NCBI GenBank assembly: GCA_965277285.1
Contig: OZ255721.1
Coordinates: 3,328,001 to 3,392,000 of the forward strand
Length of the DNA: 64,000 bases
DNA from: Abditibacteriaceae bacterium
GTDB lineage: Bacteria; Armatimonadota; Abditibacteriia; Abditibacteriales; Abditibacteriaceae
Direction: 5' to 3'
Shown: one piece after another, positions 41,545-52,736 of the stretch
Position numbering within the stretch: position 1 is the stretch's first letter
Layout of the letters: each line of letters opens with the position of its first letter
The notes under the pieces: model-generated
What the model saw: only the letters and a program-made list of their open reading frames with translations
What the model was told of the DNA's origin: nothing
The model's database searches: none
Program-made: the position numbers and the translations under genes

Positions 41545-41616
41545 AACCGCAATTTCTAACTTCGAGTTGCGATTCTTTAACTCAAAATTAAAAACTCAAA
41601 ACTGAGAATTTCTATC

Positions 41617-41865
41617 ATGTGGATCAAAAGCGAAGACGGCAAGTTGTTCAACATGAACGAGGCGTATAGCGTTCAGATCGAAGACCGTGAAGGCGGAACG
41701 TTCGTCGTCGTCATCGAATATTCGCCGGTTGACCTGCGCAGTTTCAACCTGACCAAGCGCGGTTCGCATGAGGAAGCCAAACGAGTACTCGATGAAATCC
41801 GCCAATCGCTGGAACACGGCCTGGCCGTTTTGAACTTGTGCCACAGCGCCGATTGCGACGAGTAA
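41617..41865 (+). CDS. Hypothetical protein
   Basis: 82-aa ORF with host-like codon usage, in the operon. Confidence 0.65.
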   Translation: MWIKSEDGKLFNMNEAYSVQIEDREGGTFVVVIEYSPVDLRSFNLTKRGSHEEAKRVLDEIRQSLEHGLAVLNLCHSADCDE

Positions 41866-41868
41866 ACG

Positions 41869-42441
41869 ATGCCGAACGTGTATGTTTTTGGCGGGTGCAA
41901 TGGCGCAGGCAAGACGACAATTGCGATGCGCGTTTTGTCCACAGTGTTGGGTTGCCGCGAATTCGTCAACGCCGATTTGATCGCCGCCGGTTTGTCGCCG
42001 TTTCGCGTCGAAAGCGTCGCGCTGCAAGCTGGTCGCTTGATGTTGCAGCGCATCAACACGTTGCGCGACGCGAAGGTTGATTTCGCATTTGAAAGCACGC
42101 TCGCGTCGCGTTCGTTTGCGCCGTTTCTGAAAAGTTGCCAGGCGCACGGCTTTCGCGTTCATTTGTTGTATGTGCGGCTCGAAAGCGTCGAGTTGGCGAT
42201 TGAACGTGTAGCGAATCGAGTACTCGAAGGCGGCCACCACATTCCTGAAGACACGATTCGTCGCCGCTACGAAGCCAGCCGCAAAAACTTCCTCGAATTG
42301 TATTTGCCTTTGGCGGACGAATGGCGCATTTTTGACAACACAATTGAACCGACGTTAGTTGATGCGAATGAGCAAAACGAAACGACGCGACGTATGTTGG
42401 CAGGTGCGAAAGTGGCTGTGGCCAGCGTATTGAAGACGTAA
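41869..42441 (+). CDS. Zeta-toxin-like P-loop ATPase (COG4185-type)
   Basis: GGCNGAGKTT, FVNADLIA, FAFESTL and GGHHIPE. Confidence 0.88.
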   Translation: MPNVYVFGGCNGAGKTTIAMRVLSTVLGCREFVNADLIAAGLSPFRVESVALQAGRLMLQRINTLRDAKVDFAFESTLASRSFAPFLKSCQAHGFRVHLLYVRLESVELAIERVANRVLEGGHHIPEDTIRRRYEASRKNFLELYLPLADEWRIFDNTIEPTLVDANEQNETTRRMLAGAKVAVASVLKT

Positions 42442-42505
42442 CAATCGAGGATTTGATAACGGCCAAATTATCCTCGACTTTAATTTTGCTTTTCAGGAGT
42501 TTGCA

Positions 42506-42991
42506 ATGCGTTTCTTTACGTACTACTGGACTGGTGAGGAGTTTCTCGGTCGCAAGGCGAATCATCCTGAATGGAATCTTGACTTTGCGGCAAGCAATCA
42601 GTTCGTCAAACGTGGAGTTAATGAAGGCGATACTGTTTACATCTGGTCATTTTTAAAAGGCCGGTTGTATCTGTTAGGGCGAATGCAAGTTAAAGAAATT
42701 TGCACTCGGGCAGAAGTGAAAAGCCGTTATCCGGAAATTGCCCGAAGCTATATATTTTGGAAGACTGAACACATCGTTGCGACCGCTGAAAGTACGGACG
42801 TTACGCACTTTGACTTAGTCATTCCTAATGACACGATTCACAAGTTACGCTTCACAGGTAATATGGCGCCAAAAATAAAGGACTCTCCTTTAGCCAACGA
42901 TTTCGATCCACAAACTTTTCGCGGCGTTCGACAGTTAACATCGGTGTCTGCGCTGTTGTTAGACGATTTATTAAAACAACATCGCGCATGA
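42506..42991 (+). CDS. Hypothetical protein (possible PUA-like domain)
   Basis: 161 aa; GDTVYIW...LLGRMQV pattern; AT-richer. Confidence 0.55.
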   Translation: MRFFTYYWTGEEFLGRKANHPEWNLDFAASNQFVKRGVNEGDTVYIWSFLKGRLYLLGRMQVKEICTRAEVKSRYPEIARSYIFWKTEHIVATAESTDVTHFDLVIPNDTIHKLRFTGNMAPKIKDSPLANDFDPQTFRGVRQLTSVSALLLDDLLKQHRA

Positions 42992-43320
42992 ATACTCCCG
43001 AAGATGTTTTAGCGCACATCAAAAACTGCTTGTTACAAAAACGCTATCGCGTTCGTAATCATGCAGTACGGCACATGATTGAAGAAGGTTTCGACGAGAA
43101 TCATTTAGTCGAGGCGCTAACAGGCAAGTTGCAGTTGCTGGAAGAATACGAAGATGAAGAGCGTTGCTTGGTTCTAGGACGCTTCCGGTTTTCTTCGAGT
43201 ACTCGATCTCCGTTGCACGTTGTGTGCGATGTGTCACATCCTGAAATTGTCGATATTGTAACAGCTTACATTCCGCAACGTCCGTGGTGGATTTCGCCAA
43301 CGCAGCGAGAAAAATTATGA
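42988..43320 (+). CDS. DUF4258-family protein (putative toxin)
   Basis: HAVRHM, LLEEY, PLHVVC and IVTAYIP. Confidence 0.8.
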   Translation: MNTPEDVLAHIKNCLLQKRYRVRNHAVRHMIEEGFDENHLVEALTGKLQLLEEYEDEERCLVLGRFRFSSSTRSPLHVVCDVSHPEIVDIVTAYIPQRPWWISPTQREKL

Positions 43321-43619
43321 TGCAGCCAACAATTGCTTTAACCAAAGTTCCGTGTTCCGAATGTGGCGGCGAAGTGAAGCCGCAACTTATCTCGCAAGAG
43401 TTTGAGCGCGAAGGTTTGCGTGTCGAAGTGTCAGGAGTTCGCGCGATGACTTGTTCGCAGTGCGGCGAAATCTATTTTGAGCCGGGCGGCGCGCAGGCTT
43501 TAACAGAATCGGTGAACAGTTTGTTTTCGCTGGCGCGGCGTAATCGTCAGCATAAAGGAACAATTCACGCCAAAGCCGAAACGAAGCGCCGTGCTACAAA
43601 ACCGAAAGTTGCCGCTTAA
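43317..43619 (+). CDS. YgiT/MqsA-type zinc-finger protein (putative antitoxin)
   Basis: CSECGG...CSQCGEIYF; coupled to the DUF4258 gene. Confidence 0.82.
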   Translation: MMQPTIALTKVPCSECGGEVKPQLISQEFEREGLRVEVSGVRAMTCSQCGEIYFEPGGAQALTESVNSLFSLARRNRQHKGTIHAKAETKRRATKPKVAA

Positions 43620-43653
43620 TTCGAGTACTCGATAACTGAAGTTCAGGAGAAAT

Positions 43654-46269
<2,616 letters not shown>

Positions 46270-46290
46270 CGAATCGAGTACTCGAGGGTG

Positions 46291-46321
46291 AAAAGGGCGA
46301 GCTTTACGGCTCGTCCTTTTT
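46291..46321 (+). terminator. Rho-independent terminator after gyrA
   Basis: AAAAGGGCGAGC-TTTACG-GCTCGTCCTTTTT. Confidence 0.7.
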
Positions 46322-46350
46322 CGTTTGCCAATGGTGCAGATATGAAGTTC

Positions 46351-46443
46351 AACAACGAACCCTGAGCGTAAGCGACGGGTGAAAAGTAGTCATTTGATGT
46401 ATTTATTATTTTCACCCGTCGCTTACGCTTAGGGTTCGTTGTT
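46351..46443. repeat. AACGAACCC...AGCGACGGG family inverted-repeat element
   Basis: 35-bp arms with one mismatch; relatives at 48634-48938 and 52451-52515. Confidence 0.85.
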
Positions 46444-46508
46444 CGCCGGTTTGATGCTTAGGTCAAAATCGTGCCATGATAAGAACGATAGAAAAATGGA
46501 GAGCGAAA

Positions 46509-47333
46509 ATGAAAACCAAGGCTACTGCCGCAGTCACCTTGAGCACGTTGTGTTTAGCTGCCAAGTCGCAATCGGCACAAGCGATTATTCACAGGAAACA
46601 TCGCGCGAAAACTTCGACGACAGCCGCATCGAAAAACAAAGTCGCGGCGAAAACGCTGGTGAAAGCGAAAACGCTGGTGAAAGCGACAACGATGAAAGCG
46701 GCAACGGCGAGAGCGGCAGCAAATGGGCCGCGATTTGTCGATGGCGTGGCGATTTTAAATTATGACAGCGGCGGCACGATTCCTCTTAGCAGCGGTGCGA
46801 CGCATGTGCAAACCTTGAATAAAGGAACGACGCGCGGCACGGCGACTGTGGCGCAACAGGAAACGACGAGTTCGAGTACTCGAAGTGTGAGCGGAACGGC
46901 GCGCAGTGTTCCCCGGCGTCCCGTGCCGCCACAGTTTGTGTCCGATGATATGGACGGGCGCAGCATTTCGCTGAGCCAATATCATGGGCACGTTGTTCTA
47001 CTCGATTTCTGGGCGACGTGGTGTCCGCCGTGCCGCGAGGAAGCGCCGCAAATTGTGCAGATATACCGCAAATATCACAGCCAGGGTTTGGAAATTATCG
47101 GCGCCTCGCTCGATCATGATGCCGATGAAGTTTCCAATTTCACGCACGCCAACGGCATGACGTGGCGCCAGATCTTCGGCGGCAAAGATTGGGATAGCGC
47201 TCTGGCGCAAACCTATGGCGTTCAGTCGATTCCCAACAATGTCTTAATCGGGCGCGACGGAACCGCTCTTGGTGTCAACTTGCACGGCAGCGCTTTGCAG
47301 GCGGCCATCGAATATGCGCTCGCCGAACGTTAA
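46509..47333 (+). CDS. TlpA/ResA-like thioredoxin with a basic low-complexity N-terminus
   Basis: LDFWATWCPPC and YGVQSIP. Confidence 0.9.
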   Translation: MKTKATAAVTLSTLCLAAKSQSAQAIIHRKHRAKTSTTAASKNKVAAKTLVKAKTLVKATTMKAATARAAANGPRFVDGVAILNYDSGGTIPLSSGATHVQTLNKGTTRGTATVAQQETTSSSTRSVSGTARSVPRRPVPPQFVSDDMDGRSISLSQYHGHVVLLDFWATWCPPCREEAPQIVQIYRKYHSQGLEIIGASLDHDADEVSNFTHANGMTWRQIFGGKDWDSALAQTYGVQSIPNNVLIGRDGTALGVNLHGSALQAAIEYALAER

Positions 47334-47368
47334 ACTTCGATTGACTTTGCCAGTGAAGGAGTTTTGCA

Positions 47369-48619
47369 ATGACCATTTTGAAACGTTGTCATCGTATTTT
47401 GCCGCTGCTGGGCGCGGCCTTGTGGATATTTGTCGGCGCCAACGAGTACTCGATTCGCGCGCAATACGAAAGTTCGGATCCGGCGCCAGCACAAATCGCG
47501 CCCGCTGCACAAGCTGCTCTCGATAAAATGACGGCGGCGTATAAAGGCGCGACGTTTTATTCGAGCGGCGTCAAGATTTACAGCAGCGGCCTGGACGATT
47601 CGCCACCTGCTGGTCAAGCCTTGGTAAGCGCGACTATCGCGTGGGCCAAGCCGAACAAAATCAACATCAGCGGCACGGGCGAGGACGGCGCGACGACGCT
47701 GATTTCCAACGGCGCGACGTTCTGGGAAACCACTTCATTGGTTCCCGGCGCCTATCTGCAACACAAGGCCGCCGCAACCAAGCAGATTTTTATGGGTGCG
47801 ATGAAAGAAATGGGCGCGGACGATTCAATGCTGGCGCGCTTGATGGCCGGGCAAGATCCGCTGCGGCGTTTCGGCAGCAGTTTGCAAAAAGTCGAGTTGA
47901 AGAAGATCAGCGCGCCTGATGCGAGCGGAAAAATGCAAATCGCAACAGATCGCGTGGCTGTCGTGGCGACTTTCGCGCGCCGCAAAGATAGTGGCACTGG
48001 AACGTTTGTCATTGGTAACGATGGCTTGTTGCGCAGCTTTCGCATCGAGCAAACCAAAGACGGACAACCGGCTTCCCTCAAGGAAATTTACGACAACGCG
48101 AGCGTGACGCCGGACAACACCAGTTTCGAGTACTCGCCGCCGCCAGGCACGCAAATGGTCACCGCGTTTCCGTCTGTGCAATATGATCCGCGCCTGGTGG
48201 TTGGCGCCGATCCTTTGCCGATTCGCGCCCGCGATTTGGACGGAAAAATCGTCAACCTGGACGATTACAAAGGTCAGGTCGTGTTGCTCGATTTTTGGGC
48301 GACGTGGTGCCCGCCATGCCGCGAGGAACTGCCGAATGTGCTGGCAACTTATCAACGGCACAAAGACAAGGGCTTCAACATCGTTGGTATTTCGCTGGAC
48401 GACGATAAAGCCGCTATGCTGAATTTTACGGCCACCAATAATATGACGTGGCGCCAGATTTTCGACGGCGGCGCCTGGAAAAGTGCGGTACCCGTGCGCT
48501 ACAAAGTCAACTCGATCCCGTTCACGGTGCTGATTGGACGCGACGGCAAAATCGCCGCGATTGGCGCGCGCGGCCCTTATCTTGAAAGCGTCGTGGCCGA
48601 TGCACTGGCGAAGAAGTAG
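47369..48619 (+). CDS. Exported LolA-like (DUF2092-type) domain fused to a TlpA thioredoxin
   Basis: Signal peptide; WAKPNK...ISNG...FEYSPPPG; C-terminal FWATWCPPC. Confidence 0.85.
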   Translation: MTILKRCHRILPLLGAALWIFVGANEYSIRAQYESSDPAPAQIAPAAQAALDKMTAAYKGATFYSSGVKIYSSGLDDSPPAGQALVSATIAWAKPNKINISGTGEDGATTLISNGATFWETTSLVPGAYLQHKAAATKQIFMGAMKEMGADDSMLARLMAGQDPLRRFGSSLQKVELKKISAPDASGKMQIATDRVAVVATFARRKDSGTGTFVIGNDGLLRSFRIEQTKDGQPASLKEIYDNASVTPDNTSFEYSPPPGTQMVTAFPSVQYDPRLVVGADPLPIRARDLDGKIVNLDDYKGQVVLLDFWATWCPPCREELPNVLATYQRHKDKGFNIVGISLDDDKAAMLNFTATNNMTWRQIFDGGAWKSAVPVRYKVNSIPFTVLIGRDGKIAAIGARGPYLESVVADALAKK

Positions 48620-48633
48620 CACGCCGCGCAACC

Positions 48634-48938
48634 AACGAACCCGGGTGCCCTCTGGGCGGACGTCAGCGACGGGTGGAAAGTTATAGTTTGATGGACTTAA
48701 CCCAAGTTGCTGCCATGCCCTGCGAGTGAACTCGCGGCTTAACCGCCTGCGGCGGCAGCGTCGGCCTGCGCCGACGCCAGAGGTAGAGTCCTTTCAATGT
48801 TGCGTCTGCGCAGGCCGATCCGCCCAAAGGGCACCGGAGTCGCGTGTTCACTCGCAGGCACTGATTAGGTAGCAACTTGAGTTACTTATTACTTTCCACC
48901 CGTCGCTGACGTCCGCCCAGAGGGCACCCGGGTTCGTT
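48634..48938. mobile_element. About 305-bp MITE-like nested inverted-repeat element
   Basis: Perfect 48-bp terminal IR (48634-48681 and 48891-48938) enclosing further nested stems; no credible coding ORF. Confidence 0.75.
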
Positions 48939-49018
48939 ATCTTTGCTTTTACGGTCGCACTTTGCGCCAGGCGTTGGTTCGCCTAAACTGCGTCACACAT
49001 TCGCACCAAAGGAAATTC

Positions 49019-50284
49019 ATGTCTTCGTCTTTTCGTCGCAACGTCGCTGCTGTGGGCGTTTGCACTTTTCTCGTCAGCGGCGCCTTGAGCCGTCCTATCG
49101 AGTACTCGTTACGCGCGCAACCGTCCACCACACCGTCTACGTCGCCGTCCGCGTCGTCAACCGCTACGCCGAACTCTTCGCCTGCAACGTCGGCGACCAT
49201 TGACCCCAAAGCGCAACAAGCCTTGACGCAGATGCGCGCGGCTTACGCCAATTTGAAATCGTTTTCGGCCGATATAAAGTTAAGCGGTTCGGCAGGCGTG
49301 CCTCAATTGAGTAGCTCGATTCAATGGCAGAAGCCGAATCGTTTTTCAGTTTCAATAATTAAGGGGATTGCGACGTTGCACACTGTTTCCGATGGCAAGA
49401 CCTTATTTCGCGCTCTGTCAACGCAGCCGAAGCAATATCAGAAAGTGGCGCTGCCTACAGGCGTGAACACGCTGCCGCAAGCTTTGGAAATTTCCGGCGC
49501 GCCGGAATTGATGCTGAGCAGCCTGAACTCTTTGGTATCCTCGTTGCAAGCGCCTACGCTGAAGTCGCTGACGCTGGACAACGCGGCTTCCACGACGCAG
49601 ACTGTCACTGCGTTGATGAAGGACAACCGTGCATCGGGACAATTCGCTTTGACCATCGCCAACAGCGATCATTTGCTGCGTCAGATCAACATTCATTTCG
49701 GGCAAGTTGGAGCGACCGGACAACAAACTGACGGCACCGAAACTTACTCCAACGTCCAGGTCAATCCGGTTTTGCCCGCGTCAACGTTCGCTTTTGTGCC
49801 ACCTGCGGGCGCGAAATTGTTTGTCCCGCCGTCCGCTGATGTGACTTATGACCCGCGATTGGAGCCGGGCGCCGCGCCTTTTGCGTTCAGCGCAACGGCG
49901 ACCAATGGGCAGAAGGTTTCGCCCGCGAAATACAAAGGTCGCGTCGTGCTGCTCGACTTCTGGGCGACGTGGTGCGGCCCGTGCGTCGGCGAATTTCCCA
50001 ATGTCAAAGCGACTTACCAGAAATATCACGCGCAGGGCTTCGACATCGTGGGCATTTCGCTGGACGAAGATCGCAGTGCTCTCAGCGCCTTCATCAAGGA
50101 TCGCGGCGTTTTGTGGCCGCAGGTTTTCGATGGCAAAGGCTGGCATAGCGCGATTCCCAATTTGTACGGCGTGCAAGCGATTCCCTTCACGGTTTTAATT
50201 GGGCGCGACGGTAAAATCGCCGCTGTCGATGTGCGCGGCGAAACCCTTGAACCCGCCGTGCGCGCAGCTCTGGCCAAGAAATAA
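49019..50284 (+). CDS. Exported LolA-like (DUF2092-type) domain fused to a TlpA thioredoxin
   Basis: WQKPNRF...VSDGK...FAFVPPAGAK; FWATWCGPC; paralog of 47369-48619. Confidence 0.87.
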   Translation: MSSSFRRNVAAVGVCTFLVSGALSRPIEYSLRAQPSTTPSTSPSASSTATPNSSPATSATIDPKAQQALTQMRAAYANLKSFSADIKLSGSAGVPQLSSSIQWQKPNRFSVSIIKGIATLHTVSDGKTLFRALSTQPKQYQKVALPTGVNTLPQALEISGAPELMLSSLNSLVSSLQAPTLKSLTLDNAASTTQTVTALMKDNRASGQFALTIANSDHLLRQINIHFGQVGATGQQTDGTETYSNVQVNPVLPASTFAFVPPAGAKLFVPPSADVTYDPRLEPGAAPFAFSATATNGQKVSPAKYKGRVVLLDFWATWCGPCVGEFPNVKATYQKYHAQGFDIVGISLDEDRSALSAFIKDRGVLWPQVFDGKGWHSAIPNLYGVQAIPFTVLIGRDGKIAAVDVRGETLEPAVRAALAKK

Positions 50285-50327
50285 TCGGTTAAACTTGCGT
50301 TCAATCTACCCAAAACAAAAGGACAAA

Positions 50328-51164
50328 ATGAGTACTCGAATCCGTAGCGCGCGTTGTCTCTTTGTCGCTTTAACTTTGCTCGGGTTGGCAAATGGAAGTC
50401 AGGTCGAAGCCGTAACTCTTCCCGCTACGCAGAAGAAGCCAAAAGTCATCATTGATCCGAAAGCGCGCGCTGTTTTTGAAGCACTCGGCAAAGTCTACAG
50501 CGCGCTGAAAACGTATTCTTGTGTTTGTTACAGCCAGAGCGTTTCAACAGGCCGAAACAGTTCGACGCGCCAGGCGGTTTCGCAGATTCAATGGAAGCCG
50601 GGCGCAATCGCCGTTTTGCGGCGTTCGCATACAACAGCATTCTGGAAATGGGAACGTTCGCAAACTGTGTGCAAAGCGGGCGTTTATTACAATTGGACAT
50701 CGTTGTTTCCCAAGCAGTACACGAAGCAATCGTTCAAGAGCAACGAGAAAGGCATTGAGGCGGCTTTGCAAGAAGGCGATGTGAGTGGCCTGACGTTGTT
50801 AGGAGACCCGAGCGGCGAACCGGCTTACGATGATCCGTCACTGCGCGAAATCTGGCTTTTATCGCCGGGAAAGGTGGCTGGTGTGCCGGTACAGCGCGTT
50901 CGCGTTCTTCTTTCGGACGAGGAAGGCAACAGCATTCTCACTATAGCGATAGACACGCAGACTCATGTTTTGCGTCAAAAGAAGCTCTTGTACTTCTATC
51001 AAAGTGGCGCTTCCGTCGAGGAAACCGAAACTTACACGAACATCGCGCTCAACCCCGCGCTGCATGACAATGTGTTCAGTTTTGCGCCACCGCCGGGCGC
51101 CACATTCGATCAGAAAACCTCCGATATGCTAAATAAATTACCCCCGGACTATGATATAAACTGA
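50328..51164 (+). CDS. Exported LolA-like (DUF2092-type) protein without a thioredoxin domain
   Basis: IDPKA...Y.ALK, ETYTNI.LNP and FSFAPPPGA shared with the upstream paralogs. Confidence 0.75.
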   Translation: MSTRIRSARCLFVALTLLGLANGSQVEAVTLPATQKKPKVIIDPKARAVFEALGKVYSALKTYSCVCYSQSVSTGRNSSTRQAVSQIQWKPGAIAVLRRSHTTAFWKWERSQTVCKAGVYYNWTSLFPKQYTKQSFKSNEKGIEAALQEGDVSGLTLLGDPSGEPAYDDPSLREIWLLSPGKVAGVPVQRVRVLLSDEEGNSILTIAIDTQTHVLRQKKLLYFYQSGASVEETETYTNIALNPALHDNVFSFAPPPGATFDQKTSDMLNKLPPDYDIN

Positions 51165-51192
51165 GGAGAAATCCCAGTTACCAAAGGACAAA

Positions 51193-51954
51193 ATGAGTAT
51201 TCGACCAGTTATCGGTTTGCAGTTGTACACGGTGCGCGACGCGGTGAAAGAAAGCATGACGAACACGTTGCGCGCCGTCGCTGCCGTGGGCTACGAAGGC
51301 GTCGAAGTCGGCGGCAGTTTCGGCGAACTCGATGCCGGAAGCATGAAGCGCTTGTGCGATGAACTCCATTTGAAAGTTATCGCCATGCACGCCAGCATCG
51401 CCGAACTGCAGAACAGCTTTGAGCAAGTCGCAGAAAACGCGCTGCTGCTCGACACCAAATACGTCATCATCGCGTGGAGCGGCGAAGAATATCGCAGCCG
51501 CGAAGGCATTTTGAAATTGGCGAAGATTTTGAACGAAGCCGGCGCCAAACTCAACAGTTCGGGCTTGCAGCTTTGCTATCACAACCACGATTTCGAGTTC
51601 GCAAAATACGACGGCGAAACCATGTTCGACATTCTGCTATCCAACACGGACGCGACGCTGGTCAAAGCCGAAGTCGATTCGTTCTGGGTGCAAAAAGGCG
51701 GCGGCGATCCCGCGGCTTTCATTCGCCAGCACAAAGGCCGCGTGCCCTTGGTTCACATCAAGGACATGACCAACGACGAGCGCGAAACCTTCGCCGAAAT
51801 CGGAACCGGCAAGCTCGATTGGCCCGAAGTTTTCGCGGCCTCGGAAGAAGGCGACGTTGTCGCGTATGTCGTCGAACAAGACCAATGCGATGGCGACCCA
51901 ATGCAAAGCATCAAAATCAGCCTGGACAACTTGAAGCAAATGGGCAAACTGTAA
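51193..51954 (+). CDS. Sugar phosphate isomerase/epimerase (AP endonuclease 2 TIM barrel)
   Basis: GLQLYTVRD, YHNHDFEF, HIKD and VEQD. Confidence 0.92.
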   Translation: MSIRPVIGLQLYTVRDAVKESMTNTLRAVAAVGYEGVEVGGSFGELDAGSMKRLCDELHLKVIAMHASIAELQNSFEQVAENALLLDTKYVIIAWSGEEYRSREGILKLAKILNEAGAKLNSSGLQLCYHNHDFEFAKYDGETMFDILLSNTDATLVKAEVDSFWVQKGGGDPAAFIRQHKGRVPLVHIKDMTNDERETFAEIGTGKLDWPEVFAASEEGDVVAYVVEQDQCDGDPMQSIKISLDNLKQMGKL

Positions 51955-52024
51955 ATCGAGTACTCGATTCGCTTCCAAACCGGCGCAGCCTTCAATCTAT
52001 GACGGGCTGCGTCGGTTCTTTTTT

Positions 52025-52447
52025 ATGAAAATCTCAATTAAAACGCTTATCGCTGGTGCTGTGATATGCGGCGTCGGGGGACAACTCGCCGTTCAAGCCG
52101 CGATTCCGCCTTTGCAACCCGCTCAACGCGTTGCGCAAAGCGACGTTGTCGTGCAGGCGAAAATCATCGCCCTTATCTCCAAAGTCGTGGCGAACAATCC
52201 TGGCCACAACGACGATTACCTGGCGAAAGTCGTGGTCGAAAAATCAGTCAAAGGTCGCGCTCGTCGCGGTCAAACCCTGACGGTGCATTACTGGCGTTTG
52301 CGTGATCGTCCCTACGGATGGGCTGGCCCAGTCGGGCAAAACGTCCTGCCACAAGCCGGACAACAAGGAACGCTGTTCTTGAAACGCGGCGCTTCAACTC
52401 GCGCGCCTTTTGAGTTGCTGCAACCCAATGGCTGGAAGTTAAAGTAG
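52025..52447 (+). CDS. Hypothetical exported protein
   Basis: Signal peptide; 140 aa. Confidence 0.7.
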   Translation: MKISIKTLIAGAVICGVGGQLAVQAAIPPLQPAQRVAQSDVVVQAKIIALISKVVANNPGHNDDYLAKVVVEKSVKGRARRGQTLTVHYWRLRDRPYGWAGPVGQNVLPQAGQQGTLFLKRGASTRAPFELLQPNGWKLK

Positions 52448-52450
52448 TAC

Positions 52451-52515
52451 AACGAACCCGAAGCGTCAGCGAGGGAGGTATTTTTCCAATCTCCCTTGAC
52501 TACGCTTCGGGTTCG
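52451..52515. repeat. Degenerate copy of the AACGAACCCGAAGCGTCAGCGAGGG inverted-repeat family
   Basis: CGAACCCGAAGCGT pairs with ACGCTTCGGGTTCG. Confidence 0.7.
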
Positions 52516-52538
52516 CTGCGCAAACTCTAATGACCAAC

Positions 52539-52576
52539 AAAAAGCGCCGCTGCAGAAGTTTGCAGCGGCGCTTTTT
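52539..52576. terminator. Rho-independent terminator-like hairpin
   Basis: AAAAAGCGCCGCTGCA-GAAGTT-TGCAGCGGCGCTTTTT. Confidence 0.75.
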
Positions 52577-52736
52577 CGTCAATCGAGTACTCGATGGCGC
52601 CCGATAATCCCAAGAACTCGTTTTGCTGAATCGTTCTCGAAATGATAATATCATTCCTGGTTTGATTTCTTTCAGGGATGTTATGAGCATTGGGCGAGAT
52701 ATTTTGCAATTGACAGGCTCCAAACTTTCCTGTCAG

